Notes under the pieces: generated by a model
Told to the model about the DNA's origin: nothing
What the model saw: the letters and a program-made list of their open reading frames with translations, nothing else
Databases searched by the model: none
Position numbers and translations under genes: made by a program
In this document: positions 10,536 through 20,117 of the stretch, piece by piece
Numbering within the stretch: the first letter of the stretch is position 1
Layout of the letters: each line of letters begins with the position of its first letter
Assembly: GCA_000002435.2 (NCBI GenBank)
Contig: CM018793.1
DNA length: 64,000 bases
Strand: one strand, 5' to 3'
Source of the DNA: Giardia intestinalis
Lineage: Eukaryota

Positions 10536-12203
10536 ATGGAGGATGGAGTAGCGAAAATTAAACCGGAGTTTCTGGTTTCTCATGGAACAAGCAATATCGG
10601 TGCGCATTCGTTGACCAAGGAAGGAGGGAGGAACGTCAATTTCGGCACCTCTAGTAACAGCTTGAGACAGCTTTGTAATAGCATCATCCTCAATAAGCAG
10701 TGTAAAAACCCAAAATGTAATGCATACCATGACTTGGATGAATTCTCTGTCTACTATACTCCTCCTCAGACATCCATTTCGTGCCACTTTTTGAAAACGT
10801 ATGGAAAGTGCCCCTTCTCCGTTAATTGCATGTACGCATCTTCTCACTTTCAGGAGTCGCTAGACGATCTATTTGCTAAAAAGTCTGTACCCACAAAGGA
10901 AGAGGTTGTCCCACTTTTAAACGCGTTCCCAGGGGCAACATTGGCAGACCTTCGACGAGGTGAATATAGAAAGTTGGGAGAAAAGCGTTCTTCTGTCATG
11001 CCATCGACTTCATTTACAAGTGCGTTCACCCGCTCAAAGTCGTCATCAGAGCAAAAGCCGCTCATGCTAGCTCCTATGTGCACCGTTGGCACCATTCCGT
11101 TTAGAAGACTTTGCATCCACTACGGCTGCGAAATTACTCTCTGCGAGATGGTATTCGCCAGAGACATTCTTCATGGAGATGCACAGGAGCTTAGAAAAAT
11201 AAAGCGCCATCCAGATGAAAAATGCTTCGGGATTCAGCTAGCAGGGCGAGGGCAGGAACTTATGGAGATAGTCAACTTCATTTCACAGTGCTGTTCGTGC
11301 GACTTCATTGACCTCAACGCTGCTTGCCCACAGGATATCGCGACAAAGAAGTGCTGTGGTGCTGCACTTGCTGCCAATCTAAAGAAGCTAGTCAGTTCTG
11401 TTGATTGCATGGTAAGAGGAGGGGAGCACTATGGTGTCCCTGTATTTCTTAAGATTCGGGCAGGGGATCTGCGCGGCGACTGGACAGGAGACTCTGTGGC
11501 ACAGGCCTTAAGGCTATCTGGTTTATATGGTTTAAGTGTCCATCTGCGTACGGCAAAGCAGCGCTACTCTAAATTAGCAAACTGGGACTACCTGGTATCT
11601 ATGCGGCATGCTTTGGATAATTGTGAAGAAAGTACAGCGCCTGATCTAGAACCACAACTTAAGCACGATATCAGTAGTAGTACCACCAACAGGCCCATTA
11701 TACGTACCCCTCCTTTGCTGGGAGGAAATGGAGACATATTCGATTATACAGATTTGCACCGTGACGACCATTCAACAGTTGACTATTATCTTATTGCACG
11801 AGGAGCACTTGTGAAACCGTGGATTTTTCAAGAGATCAAAGAAGGCCGTCGAATAGACATGTCGTCACAATCGCGACTCGAAATGCTGAAGCTTTTTGCA
11901 TCCTTCTGTTTAGAGTATTACGGATCTGACGCCCCTGGAGTTGAGAAGGCCAGAGCTCAATTCTTAGAGAACTGGAGTTTTATGTGCAGGTATATTCCCG
12001 TCGGTATACTCGATGAGCCACAGAAACTCAACCAACGGCCCCCGATGTTCCGCGGCCGTGATGAGCTAGAGACGCTAATGGCTTCTCAATCAGCCTCTGA
12101 TTGGGTCACCATCTCCGAGATGCTCTTTGGGCCTGTACCAGCGGGATTTTCCTTTGTACCGAAACACAAAAGTCATGGATATGTTTCCGAGTCTGTAAAT
12201 TAA
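10536..12203 (+). CDS. DUS3: tRNA-dihydrouridine synthase of the Dus3 type: an N-terminal CCCH zinc finger (C-x8-C-x5-C-x3-H, CHFLKTYGKCPFSVNCMYASSH) followed by a DUS catalytic domain (LAPMCTVGTIPFRRLCIHYGCEITLCEMV...).
   Basis: The LAPM...T..PFR...GA..L..TEMV signature and the downstream GIQLAG / DLNAACP..I...CCGAAL / VFLKIR blocks are collinear with the Dus family. A CCCH finger ahead of the DUS domain is the Dus3 architecture. An AT-rich initiator taattaaaaATGg sits at the start. Confidence 0.8.
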   Translation: MEDGVAKIKPEFLVSHGTSNIGAHSLTKEGGRNVNFGTSSNSLRQLCNSIILNKQCKNPKCNAYHDLDEFSVYYTPPQTSISCHFLKTYGKCPFSVNCMYASSHFQESLDDLFAKKSVPTKEEVVPLLNAFPGATLADLRRGEYRKLGEKRSSVMPSTSFTSAFTRSKSSSEQKPLMLAPMCTVGTIPFRRLCIHYGCEITLCEMVFARDILHGDAQELRKIKRHPDEKCFGIQLAGRGQELMEIVNFISQCCSCDFIDLNAACPQDIATKKCCGAALAANLKKLVSSVDCMVRGGEHYGVPVFLKIRAGDLRGDWTGDSVAQALRLSGLYGLSVHLRTAKQRYSKLANWDYLVSMRHALDNCEESTAPDLEPQLKHDISSSTTNRPIIRTPPLLGGNGDIFDYTDLHRDDHSTVDYYLIARGALVKPWIFQEIKEGRRIDMSSQSRLEMLKLFASFCLEYYGSDAPGVEKARAQFLENWSFMCRYIPVGILDEPQKLNQRPPMFRGRDELETLMASQSASDWVTISEMLFGPVPAGFSFVPKHKSHGYVSESVN

Positions 12204-12518
12204 ATTACCAAAGCACATTTATGTATCACTAGTTGGCGCTTTTGTATCTTGCTACGACTCAATGGTCTGCACATAGACTTAGGCTAACATAGCGGATTCA
12301 TCCTCGACGCCAGATAGTCTCATTGTGCACGTTCTCCTTTGCTCATAGTATGTACTGCACAAGGCTTTGCGTCAGCTGTGGGTGTCACTCTTCGCTTCTG
12401 AAGCTCGCCCAGCACATAGCGCAGGGTTCAGTGCCGAAGACAGGAGACCGTGGGCCTGAGCAGAGGAGCAAGCGCAGGATGAGACTATCTTTCGGACACT
12501 CCTTACTGCTATTAGCTA

Positions 12519-14684
12519 ATGTTCGAAAAAATTCTCTTCACAAACTGCATATTGCAATTGGCCTGGATAATACAAACAGTAGCTGGGGCATGCACACCGG
12601 GAGAAACTGGTCCAACTAAGTGTAAAACCTGTGACGCTATCATAGGCACAGACAGCTATTGCAGCGAGTGTGACCAGGCGGGCGAAGGACCCATCAATGG
12701 AGTATGTACAAGCGAGCTAAGCGGCAATACTTGCGCTAATAAGATATGCACCCAGTGCGTAAAGAATTACTTCTTATATAAAGGAGGATGCTATAAATTT
12801 GCCGAATCACCGGGAAACATCATATGTGAAGACGCGATAGATGCAGCTGGCGGAACGGACGGAGTGTGTACCACGTGCAAGGCTGCTAACGGCTTCTTCA
12901 AGCATCCCGCCCCTGCAGAAACAAAACAGTCCTGCATTGCTTGTAATGAAACGGCCGGAGTCGTGGACAGTGACACCACGTACAAGGGTACATCCAACTG
13001 CCTGAAGTGTGACCCGCCCGCTGCTGCAATTGGAGCTAGAGCAGATAAAATGGCAGTGTGCACTCTTTGCGATCAGACTAAGTATCTCAAGGAAAGCGCA
13101 TGTGTCGAGAAAGCAGGGTGCGGCGCCAACATGTTTGGTAAGCCAAGTGTACAGGACGGGAATAAATGCATTGCGTGCGGGGATTCAAATGCTGGTATAG
13201 AGGGTTGCGCTGAGTGCACTGCGCCTGATGAACCAACTATTAAACCCACCTGTACAAAATGCACCGGTAACAACTACCTGAAAACCACAAGCGAAGGCAC
13301 GTCGTGCGTACAAAAGGAACAATGTAATGGGGCCTACTTTCCTAATGATAGTGTAGACGGTAAGAAACAGTGCGTTTCGTGTGGCGATGCAACTAATAAA
13401 GGCATAACCGACTGCACTGCATGCAATCTACTCAGCAGTCCGCTAGAAACAGTTCTTATTAAATGCTCTGCCTGCAGAAGTGGGAAGAAGCCTAATGAAG
13501 ATGGATCTGCGTGCGTCGATGCCCCAGGGCCCTCTCCAGAAGAATGCTCGATCGAAGGATGTCAGATATGTTCGGATGACAAAAAGACGTGTGATAAGTG
13601 CCAATCAAACAACTATCTCACTCCAACAAAACTCTGCATATCTGATTGCAAGAAGCTCGGAAACTATTATTTAGCTACCGAGCAAACAACTGGGAGCTGC
13701 AGGGAGTGCGCTATGGTTAATTGCAAAGAGTGTACTGAGAACGGTAAGTGTGGAATATGCAACGATGGCTTTTACCTCCTGAATGAGGAATGTAAGCCAT
13801 GTAATGATAGTTGCAAGACGTGCGAGGGTGGAGTGGAATCTGATAAGTGCACTAGCTGTAAGTCTGGAAGTGCTCTTATTTATGCAGGCAACGGAAATAC
13901 AGGCACATGTAGTCTTGGTTGCATACCCAAATCAAGTGCAGATCCTGGGTCTTGCAAGACATGTGATTTAGCTATTGATGGGACAAAGTATTGCTCAGTG
14001 TGTAATGTGGATAAAGAATACCCTCAAAACGGAGCTTGTGCTGGCATCAAGGCGCGTGCATCCTCATGCCAAGATGGAAATGTTAATAATGGTGTATGTA
14101 GTAAGTGCGAGACAGGGTTCTTCCTTATGAATGGGGGATGTTATGAAATAACCAAGTATCCCGGGAAAACAGTTTGCAGTAAGACAGCGGCTGATGGTAC
14201 ATGTGAGACACCCGCGACCGGCTTTAGTCTAAGTAGCAATACACTCAAAGCTTGCTTTGAAGGTTGTGCTAAGTGTGCTACTGGTGACGATTGTTCTGAA
14301 TGCATCAGCGGCTATGTATCAGGTAGTACCCCTAATAGTTGCGAAAAGTGTAGTACTGGTTGTGCTACATGCTACCCTACTGCCACGACTTGCACATCTT
14401 GTCTTGCTGGATACTATCAATCTGGACCTAAGTGCATTGCCTGTGATAAAGATGATTCTACTATCAAAGGTATTAGTAATTGCTTGAACTGCGCCCCTCC
14501 ATCGTCTGGTAGTGGCTCTGTCCTCTGTTATCTCATGAAAGGTGCCGACAACAACGGCGGGAGCACGAACAAGAGCGGCCTCAGCACAGGCGCCATAGCG
14601 GGGATCTCTGTCGCTGTCATCGTTGTTGTGGGGGGCCTCGTCGGCTTCCTCTGCTGGTGGTTCGTGTGCCGGGGCAAGGCGTGA
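12519..14684 (+). CDS. vsp: Variant-specific surface protein VSP-A (721 aa). It has the signal peptide MFEKILF..., many CXXC motifs, a C-terminal transmembrane helix and the CRGKA tail.
   Basis: An in-frame TAG lies immediately upstream of the ATG. The tail is NKSGLSTGAIAGISVAVIVVVGGLVGFLCWWFVCRGKA*. AGTAAAC sits 8 nt after the stop. Confidence 0.93.
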   Translation: MFEKILFTNCILQLAWIIQTVAGACTPGETGPTKCKTCDAIIGTDSYCSECDQAGEGPINGVCTSELSGNTCANKICTQCVKNYFLYKGGCYKFAESPGNIICEDAIDAAGGTDGVCTTCKAANGFFKHPAPAETKQSCIACNETAGVVDSDTTYKGTSNCLKCDPPAAAIGARADKMAVCTLCDQTKYLKESACVEKAGCGANMFGKPSVQDGNKCIACGDSNAGIEGCAECTAPDEPTIKPTCTKCTGNNYLKTTSEGTSCVQKEQCNGAYFPNDSVDGKKQCVSCGDATNKGITDCTACNLLSSPLETVLIKCSACRSGKKPNEDGSACVDAPGPSPEECSIEGCQICSDDKKTCDKCQSNNYLTPTKLCISDCKKLGNYYLATEQTTGSCRECAMVNCKECTENGKCGICNDGFYLLNEECKPCNDSCKTCEGGVESDKCTSCKSGSALIYAGNGNTGTCSLGCIPKSSADPGSCKTCDLAIDGTKYCSVCNVDKEYPQNGACAGIKARASSCQDGNVNNGVCSKCETGFFLMNGGCYEITKYPGKTVCSKTAADGTCETPATGFSLSSNTLKACFEGCAKCATGDDCSECISGYVSGSTPNSCEKCSTGCATCYPTATTCTSCLAGYYQSGPKCIACDKDDSTIKGISNCLNCAPPSSGSGSVLCYLMKGADNNGGSTNKSGLSTGAIAGISVAVIVVVGGLVGFLCWWFVCRGKA

Positions 14685-14691
14685 CTTAGGT

Positions 14692-14698
14692 AGTAAAC
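14692..14698 (+). promoter_or_regulatory. VSP poly(A) signal AGTAAAC.
   Basis: The conserved VSP 3' flank cttaggtAGTAAACgcatctcctattacatctgct. The same element occurs at 29954-29960 (plus strand), 23448-23454 (minus strand) and 38710-38716 (minus strand). Confidence 0.7.
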
Positions 14699-14913
14699 GC
14701 ATCTCCTATTACATCTGCTCAGCAGCCTTGCGCAGAAGTCCAGGAATGAGTGGCCACGAAGCAGGGTCTCCTGACGTCTCGAGTAAACATACATAGTGCT
14801 CGCTCTGCGTGGAGCATCGAAAGCCCGGCGCGGTGTAGCCACGGCTGCTGGTTGGAGCGGAACGCGTTGGAGCTTTTTGAAAATGGCCCTACCCCGTGCC
14901 GGCCACGCGGCCT

Positions 14914-15534
14914 CTAGACCAGCGAGGCGAGGAGCTTCGTGATCCCCGGGCGCGCGCGGTAGCCATCAAATAGCTCGCGCAGCGGCGGAAACTGGTCCAC
15001 GAGCTCCGGACACTCTGCGTCCGCATAATACAGGACCTCCAGGACCGCGTAGTCCGAGTCGAGCGGCTCGAACGCCAGGCTCCGAAGGTTCAGCACGTCC
15101 CGGGTCAGGACGGTCAGCCCCGGAAGGATCCTGTTCTGTCGGTAGGCCGCGATGCACTCCGAGCGCGTCATCTCTGCCCCAGCGGCAAGGGCCTCTGCCA
15201 CGGCTTTGGGCTCCTTCCAGGCGGCGGCAAGGAGATCCTCACAGAAGAGCACCAGGGCCCGCGCAGCAGCCTGCACCTGCAATGACGTGCTGTACCGCCC
15301 CAGGCTCGCCCCCAGGTACTCCAGGATGACCATGCCCCCGGCCACCCGCGCCGCGCTGTCTTCCCACACGGGGAGCGTGCACGATGGTGCACCCACCTTC
15401 GCCGCGGCCACCTGCTCGGCGCTCGCCAAGGGCGCCCACTCGTACCGTATCTCCAGGTCTGCGAGCAGGAGCCGGCACTTCAACGCGGTGCCCCGGGCGT
15501 CGTAGTACGTGAGTCTCGGCGGAACTACGTCCAT
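14914..15534 (-). CDS. Glutathione-S-transferase-fold protein (about 206 aa). The N-terminal thioredoxin-like domain resembles sigma/pi-class GSTs (RLTYYDARGTALKCRLLLADLEIRYE ... CTLPVWEDSAARVAGGMVILEYLGASLG). A GST-like C-terminus is also present (FPPLRELFDGYRARPGITKLL).
   Basis: Motif-level match to the GST N-domain (YFxxRGRAExIRLLL ... QLPVLExDG...QSxAIxRYLA) and to the C-terminal F-P-x-L-x-x-W/F-x-x-R-x-x-x-R-P-A/G signature. I trimmed the track's TTG start to the ATG at 15534, which has the initiator gaagtaaaATGgac. The gene lies in the GC-rich part of the left arm. Confidence 0.5.
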   Translation of the reverse strand: MDVVPPRLTYYDARGTALKCRLLLADLEIRYEWAPLASAEQVAAAKVGAPSCTLPVWEDSAARVAGGMVILEYLGASLGRYSTSLQVQAAARALVLFCEDLLAAAWKEPKAVAEALAAGAEMTRSECIAAYRQNRILPGLTVLTRDVLNLRSLAFEPLDSDYAVLEVLYYADAECPELVDQFPPLRELFDGYRARPGITKLLASLV

Positions 15535-18500
15535 TTTACTTCTCTGGTGGGCTCGTATCAACTGTGCCAAGGTGCGAGGCAACCCCTGGCACGCGGGCCA
15601 CCTCTCCCGGGGGGAGATCCTTGGGTTTCAGTTTACTATCTGAGCGCCAGCTTCATGTAGCTGCTATACGTTGCTAACTGCTAGTACCTGCATAGATAGT
15701 GGTGGGGTTGGGGTGGACACTAGGCTGGCGCGATTTATGGAGGTCGTTTGCCTCCTGGGTCGTTTGAACCTCGAGGGTCCGGAATCTTCCAGTTGGACCC
15801 TCTAAATCATATCACGAACCATCAGACGGAGAGACCGACCCACAGCTGGTCAAAAGGGTCGGCAGTGATCGCAGCCACTGTGTCACTCGAGGACCTGTTG
15901 GGGCCCGGGACTCTGCAGAAGCTCCTCACTAGTTCGGTCTTGAAGTCCACGCTCTTGTGTGCCAAGATCCACGTCTTGTTATGCGTGCCGTGCTTTCCAG
16001 TATAATCGTGCTTATACTTGTCGCCCTCTCTAATGCAGTTTCTAATGCTACCATGACGGGACTTCTCGCTATTTTGTGCTTCATGTTTGTCAACACGGCC
16101 TAGGTGCCCTGCTGTCTGTTCTGCAGCCGCTTCATCTCCTGCTAGAAGGAAGCGAGAGCCCTTGGGTATCCGGTAAGACTTCTGAGTAAACGAGGTAATG
16201 CTTCGATGAGTGTACGTTAGTCGCATCGGCACAGAGCGCGTACTAACCAGACGAAGTCACATGTCTGCTAACTTCTATATAATATTCTAAAGCTATCCGG
16301 TCTCTGGGTGGCACCGCCAGGTGTGTAGTGGGGCCCGTGGCCATTAAGACCCAGAAGGGCCTCTTCTCCTACTTGGCTCCGGAGTCAGTCCCAGTAGAGC
16401 ATTGTTATGAGGCTGGTGTGCAGAGAGACACCGGATAGTTTGTACCGGTACACACCCCTTGTCCCCAGACGGCACTCACCAGGAGTAGGCATTCGTAGAA
16501 CCGCAGCATCGTGGGCTTGTGCACCGCTCGCTGCCCATGCACGTGTAGCTGCAGGCACACAAGCCAGTCGAGAGGCGCTCACTTGCCGGAGCTCCCTAAT
16601 CACTGTTCAGAACACCGAACCGACGCCCCTGCCAGCGCGCCGCTCTTTGTAAGATACCCCAGAGGAACTCCAGTCGTCGCTCAACAGCGTGCATACCCGA
16701 GGCCTCTGTCTAGGGAACACTGCGCCCGCCTCTGCATGTCTTGAAGTGCAGAAAAGAAGGTCTACCGATAGAGCCCTACACCATGTCCAGACATCCTATG
16801 TTTTCAGAATCTTCGCGCAAGGATAAGAGGTAGGATGGGCAGAACTTGGCTGGCCTCGCGTCATGCAGATAGCGATGCTATGCGTACCACGTGATTGCAT
16901 GTCACCGCACAAAGACAAGAGCCTGTATCAGCAGCCGACGGCATTTTACCAGTAGACCGAGGGACATTCCCGCACTGTACTCATTCTCCTGTGTAACTTT
17001 CAAGCATGTTCGGTCGTGCTGGACGCTGCCTTTAGTCATATCTTGCTGAATAGCCAACGCAGTTGGCAGTGACCCCAAATATAGTGCGCCTTGCCTAATT
17101 CAGACTCCGGGATAGGCGTGTGGAAGACAAGCAGACGCATAGTATGGAGCACAGAGAGCCGTAGAGACAGTTCTAAGCGCATCATAGAGAAGCAGAGTGG
17201 GCTGTGGCCTCATGTGGTTAGAGGTATATGATCGTATAGTCTTCTGTTCAGGACACATATCTTGGGAGCCACTGCGTTGAGTCCTCTAGACCATCACTTG
17301 GAGGGCGAACCGTCGTGCAATGCAGGGCTGCATGCCAAAAGACACATGTCTGTCAGGAGAAGGTCGAAGGACGGATCCACAGGCATTGCATGACTTGCTG
17401 GCATTCTTCTGTACAGAGCGTAATGCCTCGTGACAGGGAAGTCGTAGTTTTGTCACCAACCCCAATAGGGCTAAGGCATGATCAACGCAGAACTATGCAT
17501 TCCTGCTGTGGTGTCCACAGAAGTGCTTGTCGAAGAGGATGTTCGCGCTCTCTGAGGGTACACACGAGGAGGGGCTGTGTAATGCGAAGAGCCGGGCACA
17601 GACCTTAAAGGGCTCAGGCTCGTGGTCATAAAAAGTCGCTCCTGCCCGTCTCCGCGGGTACTGCAGTCCTCGATGGTGGATCATCGCATCTTCTCCTTAA
17701 CCGGCACATTGGCAGCCTGGTCTCTGGCGCAGGCACGCAGAGCATCGGGCCAGAAGCGCCGACTCGTTACCTCCTTTGCTCAGCCAAGTCCCGTGTTGGC
17801 CACAGAACACGCGTGTCTGCCCCCAGTGCGTAGCCGCTGAATCCTCAACAGAGGGACGTGTTCAGAAGTCTACGCTAACGCAGCCCACTGCAAGCAAAGT
17901 TCATCTGTCTCTCAGAGAAGAGGCGGCTGGGCCGTGTGTTGCGCATCAAGAGGCCTTTGTGAAGGGCGCCCGCACGTCTCGTCACACATGTGCGTCCGAG
18001 TGACAAGTAGCAGCCGGCGATACGGCCGCCCTCGGCTTCGCAGACACAGCGGGTGTGCTTACTGGTGTTCAAAGCAGTATGCCGTTGATCGTGGCATGCC
18101 TTTTCTCCAGGAGGGCTGGACGCCACTCGAATTGTGACTGTGTGCCATAGACGGGTGCTCTCCTTGTTACTCTGTAACACTCGTGCGCATCGGGACCGGC
18201 GATTCGCATCTGTGATCCAGACAGGAGCAGCGTCTTGTACTTCCGAGTAAGATGCAGCCGGCCCGCGAGCCTACGTGCCGATCTATAGTCTATAACAAGC
18301 AAGCGGCAACCACTTGGCGTGCTACTCACGTGGACATTGCAGACTCTGCATCTGAATCGAGAGGCTTGACAGCGTACCGATTCCACGCTTGGCCGTCATA
18401 GGAGCCGCTTCCTTCTGCTCAGTAGTAAGCAGTCCGGCTTTACCGGTAGGAATGATCGATATAGCTGAGTGGCCCGAATAGACCCTAGTGACACCACGGC

Positions 18501-19526
18501 TTTCTGTTTATATTAAACGCCTTCGCTGTACTGGGGTCTCAGTGAGAAGACGAGCACAGATCCAGGCATGCAAGCCTTTAGAGATGCGTACTCCACGCAA
18601 TTCCGGTGTGCTCGCCTGACGAGTCCTACTGCTCTAGCCGGCATACCGTTAGATCCTTCTGTACAGATTGAGCGAGCAGATATTAGCATACGGGTCACGT
18701 TAAGTACCTATGTTCAAGGCAGCTGCTGTTGAACGGGCACACCCAGAGCCACTGTCACGTAAGATGCCAGCAAGATTCGCGGCCGCAGATCACACTGTAA
18801 TCTGGCGACTGATTTGGTCATGTCGCTTCTTTATCGGCTGGAAACTCGACTGGAAGCGACAGAGAGCACGTCGGGAGAACTCGATGGGAGAGGACTGGCA
18901 GGGCTTCCTGCGCCACGGGGGGAGCCACCGCAGGAGGACGCGCAGGCACGCACGCCAGGCCACAGTAGACACGCGGACGCCCCTGTAGACTGGGCCGGCA
19001 GCAGGCGTCCGCAGAATCCGCGCCAGAGCCAGCTGCTCAAAAAACTGGGCAGCCTCTGGTCGTGTGCAGGCCTTGCAGAGCGCTGCGGCTCCCGACACTC
19101 GGCGACCCCTCTCAGAGCGGAAGACCCCGCGGGCCGCAGGCAGCAGCTCGTCGTCGGCGATGTCCCGAACGAGGGGGACGGCCCCAGCCTGCCTGCCTCC
19201 GCAGAGCTCTGGGTGTCTGCAGACAAACCGGGGCTGCGCAGGGCGCGGCTCTCCCTGGCGGCCGAGGGCGGGGATCCCCGGCAATACCAAAAAACTCCGA
19301 TCAATACATCAACCCCGGCGCCGCCGTGTGCAAAGCAGTCTGTTCTGTGTGGCGACCTAAGCCAACTCGTACTGCGGCGATGGCCCGGATGAGGGCGCCC
19401 TGCTCGCCCGACGGACCGGGGCAGGCAGGCAACAAACACCCGCTAAAACTTTTGCGCAAGGCCTGTACATATTTAATTTCACATTATTCGTTGGTCTGTT
19501 TTTAGTTTTATCGCCGCTTCTATTGG

Positions 19527-20117
19527 ATGGGCTCTGGGGCAATGACGGCGGAGACGCGCGCCTCCGTTCTGCTCGAGCTCGCGAAGCAGGTCGTCGCTGC
19601 CCGGCGGCTGGGGGAGACGGCCGAGAGCCTCGCGCGGCGGCCGCTGCTCCTCCACCGGCACGTGCTCCGGACGGCCATCGACTGGAAGAAGATCGCCCGC
19701 GCCCTGTCCGAGGACCGGAGCAGGATCTACCACTGGTACCGCGAGACGCACTCGCGGAGCATCCTCAACGTGAAGATGACCGGCGAGGACCGCAGGGCCA
19801 TCAAGGCGATGATCATCGCCGGGGTCAGGGACCGGAGCATCCTGGGCCCGGACTTCTACCGCAGGGTCCACGAGCGCTTCGGGGCGAAGTATCCGCGCCA
19901 GGAGCTGCGGATGACGTACAACAACGCGCTCCGCACCCAGGACGTCCGCGCCGCCCTGGAGGAGCATGGGGTTCTTCCTGGGCCCGGCACCCTCTCGCTC
20001 CAGACGGGCCAGGATCTTCTCGGGCCGCCCACTTCCTTCGCATGCGTGCCATGCTTCCCCCCTGCGGGCTACGGGGGCGTGCCTGGGTGCGCTGATACAT
20101 ACCCCAGTAAGGGCTGA
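19527..20117 (+). CDS. Low-confidence hypothetical ORF (196 aa) with a possible Myb/SANT-like or HTH segment (TAIDWKKIARALSEDRSRIYHWYRETH). An identical mirror copy lies at 33291..33881 on the minus strand.
   Basis: Starts with ATG. Its amino-acid composition is balanced compared with the Arg/Pro/Gly-rich ORFs around it in the GC-rich block. It shows the W..IA..L....R....W.R.. spacing of helix-turn-helix domains. There is no strong initiator and the region is GC-rich, so chance ORFs are expected. Confidence 0.25.
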   Translation: MGSGAMTAETRASVLLELAKQVVAARRLGETAESLARRPLLLHRHVLRTAIDWKKIARALSEDRSRIYHWYRETHSRSILNVKMTGEDRRAIKAMIIAGVRDRSILGPDFYRRVHERFGAKYPRQELRMTYNNALRTQDVRAALEEHGVLPGPGTLSLQTGQDLLGPPTSFACVPCFPPAGYGGVPGCADTYPSKG

